A DNA stretch of 64,000 bases from Candidatus Limnocylindria bacterium (lineage in GTDB: Bacteria; Chloroflexota; Limnocylindria; QHBO01), in the NCBI GenBank assembly GCA_036556745.1, contig DATBIW010000090.1:1594-65593 (forward strand), in the 5' to 3' direction. Shown in pieces: positions 58,148 through 64,000 of the stretch (its first letter is position 1; every line of letters starts with the position of its first letter). Made by a program: the position numbers and the translations under genes. The notes beneath the pieces are model-generated. The model saw nothing but the letters and a program-made list of their open reading frames with translations, searched no databases and was not told the DNA's origin.

Positions 58148-59167
58148 GTGACCGACCGGATCGCGGTCCTCGGCGCCGGGGCGTGGGGAACGACCCTCGC
58201 CCGGATGCTGGCCGCCGGCGGGCATCCCGTCACGTTGTGGGCCCACCGTCCCGAGGCCGCCGCAGAGCTCGCCCGCGATAGGGAGAACCGCCGCTACCTG
58301 CCCGGCCACCCGTTCCCCGAGGCCCTGACCGTCACCGGCGAGGACGCCTCCCTCACCGACGCCACGCGCCTGCTCGTGCTCGCCGTTCCCTCGGCCCATG
58401 CCCGATACAGCCTGCGACGCGTCGCCCCGCACCTCCCGCCCGGGACGCCGGTCCTCTCGGTCGTGAAGGGGATCGAGGCGGCCAGTCACGCGCGCATCTC
58501 GGAGATCGTGGCGGCCGAGACGCCGGATCGACCCGTGGCCGCCCTCTCGGGGCCGAACCTCGCCGCGGAGGTCGCCGGCGAACGCCCGGCCGCATCGGTC
58601 GTGGCCTCCGCCGACGCGGCCCTGGCGGCGGAGCTCGCGGAGCTGCTCGGATCGGATCGGTTCCGGGTGTACACGAACCCGGACCTGGTGGGTGTCGAGC
58701 TGGCCGGGGCCCTGAAGAACGTGATCGCGCTGGCGGCCGGGATGATCGACGGCCTCCGGCTGGGGGACAGCGGCAAGGCGGCGATCATCACCCGGGGCCT
58801 GGCCGAGATCACCCGGCTGGGCGTGGCGGCCGGGGCCGACGCGCGGACGTTCGCCGGCCTGGCCGGGGTCGGCGACCTCATCGCGACCTGCATGAGCTCC
58901 CTGTCCCGCAACCGCCGCGCCGGGGAGCTGCTCGCCGCCAGCCGGAGCTGGGACGAGATCGCAGCCCAGCTGGGCGGCGTGGCCGAGGGGGAGACGACCG
59001 TCACCGGCGCCCTGGCCCTGGCGGCCCGGCACGGGGTCGAGACGCCCATCGCCGAGCAGGTGGACGCGGTGATCCACGCCGGCCGTCCGCCGCTCGAAGC
59101 CCTCGCGACGCTCATGGCCCGCAGTCAGAAAGACGAGCTGTCCGGACGGGCAGCCGGCCAGCCCTAG
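58148..59167 (+). CDS. gpsA: NAD(P)H-dependent glycerol-3-phosphate dehydrogenase
   Basis: IAVLGAGAWGTTLA (Rossmann fold), GALKNVIALAAG and GVGDLIATC are present. Confidence 0.9.
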   Translation: MTDRIAVLGAGAWGTTLARMLAAGGHPVTLWAHRPEAAAELARDRENRRYLPGHPFPEALTVTGEDASLTDATRLLVLAVPSAHARYSLRRVAPHLPPGTPVLSVVKGIEAASHARISEIVAAETPDRPVAALSGPNLAAEVAGERPAASVVASADAALAAELAELLGSDRFRVYTNPDLVGVELAGALKNVIALAAGMIDGLRLGDSGKAAIITRGLAEITRLGVAAGADARTFAGLAGVGDLIATCMSSLSRNRRAGELLAASRSWDEIAAQLGGVAEGETTVTGALALAARHGVETPIAEQVDAVIHAGRPPLEALATLMARSQKDELSGRAAGQP

Positions 59168-59184
59168 CCGACGGAGAGGTCAGC

Positions 59185-59209
59185 GACGCCCCATGGACGG
59201 GTGGGCGTC
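59185..59209. terminator. Hairpin gacgccc-(11 nt)-gggcgtc in the 58-nt convergent gap between gpsA and kdpD
   Basis: It has a 7-bp GC-rich stem and is positioned to act in either direction. No U-tract is present. Confidence 0.35.
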
Positions 59210-59225
59210 CGGCAGAGGTGCTGGG

Positions 59226-60395
59226 CTAGTCCTCGGGATCGGGGCAGACGTGGATGCCCGTCGAGTCCGCCCGTTGGACGAGCTCGTCTGCCAGTGACCG
59301 GCGGCCGCTCAGCCCGGCGAGGCGCCCGGGGCGGGGTCGCCGGACGAAGACCGACTCCGCGTTGCGATCCCGGACCAGCTGGAGGATCGCGGCCGCAGGG
59401 TCGTTGCTCTTGGTGCGGACAACCTCGGCGCCCACGTCCTCGGCGAGCCGGATGTTGGCCTCGAGCGCGGCACGGTCCTCGGGCGAGGCGGCGCTCCACG
59501 AGGGCGTCTCGACCCACACCCCGAGGAGCGGCGCCCGGAGCGCGTCAGCGCTGCGCCACGCCCGGCGGACGAGGTCCTGGGACCGCTCCGACGGATCGAG
59601 CACGACGATGACCGCCTCTGAGGCGGGCCATGGCTCGTCGATCCCTTCGCCGCGCATGTACGCCTCGAGGTCCTCCTCGACCGTCGACGACAGGCGACGC
59701 AGGACGAGCTCCCGCAGGGCGGTCAGGTTTCCCTCGCGGAAGTAGTTCTCCAGGGCCTGCGAGGCGCGTTCCGGCGGATAGACGTTGCCATGCCGGATCC
59801 GCTGGCGCAGGGCATGCGGGGTCATGTCCACCAGCTGGACCTCGTCGGCCCGATCCAGGAGGTCGTCGGGCACGCGTTCGGTGACCTTGACCCCGGTGAT
59901 GTGCTCGACGATGTCGGCCAGGCCCTCGAGGTGCTGGACGTTCATCGTGCTGATCACGGTGATGCCATGGTCGAGGAGCTCCTCGACGTCCTGCCAGCGC
60001 TTCGCATGCTTGGATCCCGGTGCGTTGGTATGGGCGATCTCATCCACCAGGACGACGTCCGGACGTCGGCGAATGACCGCGTCGGTGTCCATCTCCTCGA
60101 GCCTGACGCCCTTGTACTCGACCTGCCGGCGCGGGACGACCTCCAGGTCTCCGATGGCGGCAATCGTGAGTGGTCGCCCGTACGTCTCCACCAGGCCGAC
60201 GACCGCGTCGGTGCCGCGGTCGCGACGGCGCCGAAGCTCGTCCAGGGCGGCGTAGGTCTTGCCCACCCCGGGCGCCATCCCGACGTACATCCGATGGCGG
60301 CCACGCGCGCCGGCCCCCGCCTCGCGCCGCACCCGTTCGAGCATTTGTTCGGGGGTCGGCCGACCGGTCTCGTCGGCTGGACGGGGGGCGCTCAT
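59226..60395 (-). CDS. kdpD: KdpD N-terminal sensor domain plus USP domain only (no membrane or histidine-kinase part)
   Basis: RMYVGMAPGVGKTYAALDE...VVGLVETYGRP...VDEIAHTN..GS.H.KRWQDVEELLDHGI.V.ST.NVQH is the KdpD-N signature. A USP-like alpha/beta region follows. The ORF stops at 389 aa. Confidence 0.85.
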   Translation of the reverse strand: MSAPRPADETGRPTPEQMLERVRREAGAGARGRHRMYVGMAPGVGKTYAALDELRRRRDRGTDAVVGLVETYGRPLTIAAIGDLEVVPRRQVEYKGVRLEEMDTDAVIRRRPDVVLVDEIAHTNAPGSKHAKRWQDVEELLDHGITVISTMNVQHLEGLADIVEHITGVKVTERVPDDLLDRADEVQLVDMTPHALRQRIRHGNVYPPERASQALENYFREGNLTALRELVLRRLSSTVEEDLEAYMRGEGIDEPWPASEAVIVVLDPSERSQDLVRRAWRSADALRAPLLGVWVETPSWSAASPEDRAALEANIRLAEDVGAEVVRTKSNDPAAAILQLVRDRNAESVFVRRPRPGRLAGLSGRRSLADELVQRADSTGIHVCPDPED

Positions 60396-60419
60396 CGGTC
60401 TATCAGACCATACGCCCGG

Positions 60420-61010
60420 CTAGTCGAGCGGGGCTGCCTCGTCGAGGGCCAGGTTGAGCATGAGGACGTTGACGCCCGGCTCGCCCAGGAGTCCCAGCGA
60501 GCGACCGGCCGTGTGCGCATCGATGAGCTCGCGGACCTGCTCCTCGGACAGGCCCCGCGCGGTTGCCACCCGTGGCAGCTGGAGCAGTGCGTTGGCGATG
60601 CTGATATGGGGGTCCAGGCCGCTGGCGGATGCCGTGACCGCGTCGACGGGGACCAGCGCATCGGCCGGCAGGTTGTTCTCGGCGCGATAGGCGGCCGCCC
60701 GCTCTTCGACCGCGGCCAGCAGGTCGGCGCTGGTCGGCCCGAGGTTGGAGCCGCTCGAGATCGATGCGTCGTAGCCGTCACCGGCCGCCGACGGGCGCGG
60801 ATGGAAGTAGCCCGGGCTGGCGAACGGCTGCCCGATGAGCTCAGAGCCCACCACCGTTCCGGCCTCGTCCCGGACGAGGCTACCGTTGGCCTGCTCGGGG
60901 AACGCCACCTGGGCGATCCCGGTGATGACGAGCGGGTAGACCACGCCGGTCAGCAGGCTGAACAGGACGAGGGCGACGATTGCGGGTCGCAGCTGGCGGA
61001 TCAGTTCCAT
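60420..61010 (-). CDS. kdpC: K+-transporting ATPase subunit C
   Basis: An N-terminal TM helix is followed by GSEL.GQ.F....YF..RPSA and SSGSNLGP. Confidence 0.9.
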   Translation of the reverse strand: MELIRQLRPAIVALVLFSLLTGVVYPLVITGIAQVAFPEQANGSLVRDEAGTVVGSELIGQPFASPGYFHPRPSAAGDGYDASISSGSNLGPTSADLLAAVEERAAAYRAENNLPADALVPVDAVTASASGLDPHISIANALLQLPRVATARGLSEEQVRELIDAHTAGRSLGLLGEPGVNVLMLNLALDEAAPLD

Positions 61011-61020
61011 CGTCGACTCC

Positions 61021-63168
61021 TTACGCCAGCCCCAGGGCCGAGATCACCAGGTCGATGACCTTGATGCCCACGAACGGCGCGACGATGCCGCCGACACCGT
61101 AGATGAGCAGGTTGCGTCGCAGCAGCTCGGCCGCGGGCGCCGGCCGGTACCCGACGCCGCGCAGGGCGAGGGGCACCAGGGCGATGATGATCAACGCGTT
61201 GAAGATGACCGCGGAGAGGATCGCGCTCTCCGGTGAGGCCAGGCCCATCACGTTGAGGGCGCCGAGCTCGGGGTAGGTCGCCACGAACGCGGCGGGGATG
61301 ATGGCGAAGTACTTCGCCACGTCGTTCGCGATGCTGAAGGTCGTGATCGCGCCTCGGGTGATGAGCAGCTGCTTGCCGATCGCGACGACCTCGATGAGCT
61401 TGGTCGGGTTCGAGTCGAGGTCGACCATGTTGGCCGCTTCCTTGGCCGCAGCCGTCCCGGAGTTCATGGCCAGGCCGACGTCGGCCTGGGCCAGGGCCGG
61501 GGCGTCGTTCGTGCCGTCGCCGGTCATGGCGACCAGGTGCCCTTCGGCCTGCTGCTCACGGATGACGTCGATCTTCTGCTCGGGCCGGGCCTCCGCCACG
61601 AAGTCGTCGACGCCCGCTTCGGCGGCGATGGTGGCAGCGGTCAGGCGGTTGTCGCCGGTGATCATGATTGTCCGGATCCCCATCTTCCGGAACTCGGCGA
61701 AGCGCTCGCGCATGCCCGGCTTGACGGTGTCCTTGAGGTGGATGATCCCCGTCAGGCGACCGTCCGCGGTCACCGCCAACGGCGTGCCACCGCTTGCGCC
61801 GATGCGCTCGACCTCGGCAGCGACGTCGGACGGCGTCTCGCTGGCGCCAACCGTGGCCAGCATGGCGTCCACCGCGCCCTTCATGAACGCGTGGCCGTCG
61901 AGGCGCAGGCCGCTCATGCGCGTCTCGGCACTGAAGGGGATGACCTCCGCGCCGGCCGGCACGCCCTCGACGCGCGGCGCCCCCAGCTCTTCGGCCAGGG
62001 CCAGGATGCTGCGCCCCTCGGGCGTTTCGTCCCCGAGGCTCGCCTGCTGGGCGGCGAGGGCCACCTCACTCGGCGTGGCGCCGGCCACGGGGATGAGCTC
62101 GGCCGCCAGGCGGTTGCCGTAGGTGATCGTGCCGGTCTTGTCGAGCAGCAGCGTGTCGACGTCACCGGCCGCCTCCACGGCCCGCCCGGACATGGCCAGC
62201 ACGTTGAAACGGGTGACGCGGTCCATGCCGGCGATCCCGATCGCCGACAGCAGGCCGCCGATCGTGGTGGGAATCAGGCACACCAGGAGCGCGACGAGAA
62301 TCACGGTCGCGACCGCCGAGCCCGCGTAGATCGCGAAGGGTTGCAGGGTCGCCACGGCGAGCAGGAACACGATGGTGAGCGCCGCCAGCAGGATGGCGAG
62401 CGCGATCTCGTTCGGCGTTCGCTGGCGGACCGCGCCCTCGACGAGGGCGATCATCCGGTCGAGGAAGGTGCTGCCCGGGTCGGCGGTGATCCGGATCCGC
62501 AGCCAGTCGCTGACCACCTGGGTTCCACCGGTCACCGACGACCGGATGTCGGTGCCCGGCTCCTTCAGGACCGGCGCCGACTCCCCGGTGATCGCGGCTT
62601 CGTTCACGTAGGCGATCCCCTCGACCACCTCACCGTCGCCGGGCACCAGCTCACCCTCGCGGACGAGGACGACGTCCCCTTTGCGCAGCTGGCTCGAGGT
62701 GACCGTCTCTTCGCTCGACCCGACGACGCGCCGGGCGGGGGTGTCCTTCTGGGTGGCCCGCAGGGTGGCGGCCTGCGCCCGGCCACGGGCCTCGGCCATG
62801 GCCTCGGCGAAGTTGGCGAACAGGACGGTGAACCACAGCCAGGCCGTGACCTGGAGGCTGAACCCGACCTCCTCGCTGCCCGACATGGCCTGGGCCGCCG
62901 TGACCCAGGTCGTCAGGACGGCCCCGATGGCCACCACGAACATCACCGGGTTGCCCACCAGGTGACGCGGATCGAGCTTGACCACCGACTGCACGGCCGC
63001 GGCGCGGACCAGCGGCCAGGTCCAGATGGCGGCTCGCGACCGCCGCTGGGCGGCGACGTCCTTCATGGCGTCGGTCTCGGGCGTGCGCCGGGTGGGCGGG
63101 GTCAGGCCCCGCGTCGGGTCCGCGTCGCGCTCGGGGATCGGATGGGTCGGGGGAAGCTGATCGGTCAT
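61021..63168 (-). CDS. kdpB: K+-transporting P-type ATPase subunit B
   Basis: [10 protein letters not shown] (phosphorylation site), MITGDN and [16 protein letters not shown] are present. Confidence 0.95.
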   Translation of the reverse strand: MTDQLPPTHPIPERDADPTRGLTPPTRRTPETDAMKDVAAQRRSRAAIWTWPLVRAAAVQSVVKLDPRHLVGNPVMFVVAIGAVLTTWVTAAQAMSGSEEVGFSLQVTAWLWFTVLFANFAEAMAEARGRAQAATLRATQKDTPARRVVGSSEETVTSSQLRKGDVVLVREGELVPGDGEVVEGIAYVNEAAITGESAPVLKEPGTDIRSSVTGGTQVVSDWLRIRITADPGSTFLDRMIALVEGAVRQRTPNEIALAILLAALTIVFLLAVATLQPFAIYAGSAVATVILVALLVCLIPTTIGGLLSAIGIAGMDRVTRFNVLAMSGRAVEAAGDVDTLLLDKTGTITYGNRLAAELIPVAGATPSEVALAAQQASLGDETPEGRSILALAEELGAPRVEGVPAGAEVIPFSAETRMSGLRLDGHAFMKGAVDAMLATVGASETPSDVAAEVERIGASGGTPLAVTADGRLTGIIHLKDTVKPGMRERFAEFRKMGIRTIMITGDNRLTAATIAAEAGVDDFVAEARPEQKIDVIREQQAEGHLVAMTGDGTNDAPALAQADVGLAMNSGTAAAKEAANMVDLDSNPTKLIEVVAIGKQLLITRGAITTFSIANDVAKYFAIIPAAFVATYPELGALNVMGLASPESAILSAVIFNALIIIALVPLALRGVGYRPAPAAELLRRNLLIYGVGGIVAPFVGIKVIDLVISALGLA

Positions 63169-63175
63169 CGGTGGC

Positions 63176-64000
63176 TCAGAAGGTCGTTCCAGCGTTGAGC
63201 AGGAGCTGCTCGACGATCGGCCCGAGTGCCAGGGCCGGGATGAAGGTCAGCGCGCCGACGATGATCACCGTCCCGATCAACAGCGCCACGAAGAGCGGGG
63301 TGTGGGTGGGCAGTGTCCCGAGGCTGGCCGGCACGGGCTGCTTGACCGCCAGCGCACCGGCGATCGCCAGGGTGGGGATCGCGACCCAGTAGCGGGCCAC
63401 GATCATCGCCACCCCGCCCAGGACGTTGGTCACGACGTTGTTGGCGCCGTACCCGGCGAACGCGCTGCCGTTGTTGTTGCCCATCGAGCTGAACGCATAC
63501 AGGATCTCGCTGAAGCCGTGCGGTCCCTGGTTCCAGACCGCGGCCGCGCTGGGCTCGGCCAGGACGCTGACCGCGGAGCCGACCAGGACCGCGAACGGCG
63601 GCGCGAGGATGGCGATCACCGCCATCTTCATCTCGAACGGGCCGATCTTCTTGCCCAGGTACTCCGGCGTCCGGCCGACCATCAGGCCCGCGATGAAGAC
63701 CGCGAGGATGACGAAGATGATCATCCCGTAGAGCCCGGAGCCGACTCCCCCGAAGACCACCTCGCCGAGCTGCATGAGGAACAGGGGCACGAGGCCGCCG
63801 ATCGGGGTGTAGGAGTCGTGCATCGAGTTCACCGACCCGTTGCTGGCCGCAGTGGTGGCGGTCGCCCACAGGGCGGAGTTGGCGATCCCGAAGCGGACCT
63901 CCTTGCCCTCCATGTTGCCGCCCGGCTGGGTCTCGCTGGCGACCTGGTCGACCCCGAGCTGGGTGAGGAGCGGGTTGCCGGCCTGCTCGCTGAACTCGGC
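63176..64000 (-). CDS. kdpA: K+-transporting ATPase subunit A; N-terminal part lies beyond the window end
   Basis: The frame stays open upstream of the listed Met (63913) to base 64000. [31 protein letters not shown] is a conserved KdpA segment. Confidence 0.9.
   Translation of the reverse strand, partial: AEFSEQAGNPLLTQLGVDQVASETQPGGNMEGKEVRFGIANSALWATATTAASNGSVNSMHDSYTPIGGLVPLFLMQLGEVVFGGVGSGLYGMIIFVILAVFIAGLMVGRTPEYLGKKIGPFEMKMAVIAILAPPFAVLVGSAVSVLAEPSAAAVWNQGPHGFSEILYAFSSMGNNNGSAFAGYGANNVVTNVLGGVAMIVARYWVAIPTLAIAGALAVKQPVPASLGTLPTHTPLFVALLIGTVIIVGALTFIPALALGPIVEQLLLNAGTTF

Noticed and set aside
1-64000. I searched the intergenic spacers for a dif site, CRISPR repeats, riboswitch-like or T-box leaders, and rRNA or tRNA genes.
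   Set aside because: Spacers longer than 50 nt are few: 8359-8490, 11232-11318, 24949-25020, 28529-28618, 31547-31615, 56618-56672 and 59168-59225. None contains an AT-rich dif-like 28-mer, repeated units or conserved riboswitch cores that I can recognise by eye. A covariance-model scan would be needed to be sure.
59226-64000. kdp operon considered as a horizontally acquired island.
   Set aside because: I see no compositional break by eye, no mobility genes and no flanking repeats. The only unusual point, the truncated KdpD, is reported separately.

Overview
This is a very GC-rich, tightly packed chromosomal segment. I support about 58 protein-coding genes, most of them on the + strand and nearly all housekeeping. 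I found no rRNA, tRNA, CRISPR array, IS element or prophage. All calls rest on motifs read from the supplied translations and on recalled family signatures, because no database search was possible.

From memory, the gene order is collinear with a compacted actinobacterial backbone:
- yifB-dprA...xerC
- relA...hisS...aspS...alaS-ruvX-mltG...pepP-efp
- iscS-mnmA
- tlyA-nadK...xerD...scpA-scpB-rluB-cmk...der-gpsA

Several features are unlike classical actinomycetes: Zn-ribbon TopA, Arg32-type EF-P and two FemX-type transferases.

Genes are arranged in three trains of about 8 kb with overlapping stop and start codons. Most genes that do have an upstream gap carry a TAnnnT -10-like hexamer 6-11 nt before the start codon, which suggests leaderless transcripts.

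Non-backbone content most worth a second look:
1. A coupled HAD / ThpR / SLOG(TIGR00725) / YmaB-like Nudix operon (1393-3853). It is preceded by a degenerate DnaB-family ATPase and a J-domain protein with an ExoX-C-like tail.
2. A murJ-femX-murE-femX block fused to topA-xerC, with a non-canonical MurE specificity motif.
3. A 1172-aa Zn-ribbon / class III cyclase / STAND ATPase / TPR protein with no DNA-binding output. With plsC, ispH and an opposite-strand GT4 gene it interrupts the cmk-der junction.
4. An in-frame rluB-cmk fusion.
5. A solitary ectC.
6. An orphan REC-MinD/CpaE ATPase.
7. A kdp operon whose KdpD has only the N-terminal sensor and USP part.

I cannot show from sequence alone that any of these is a new system. 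The first and third items are my best candidates. The many long antisense and alternative-frame ORFs in the track are treated as GC-driven artefacts.
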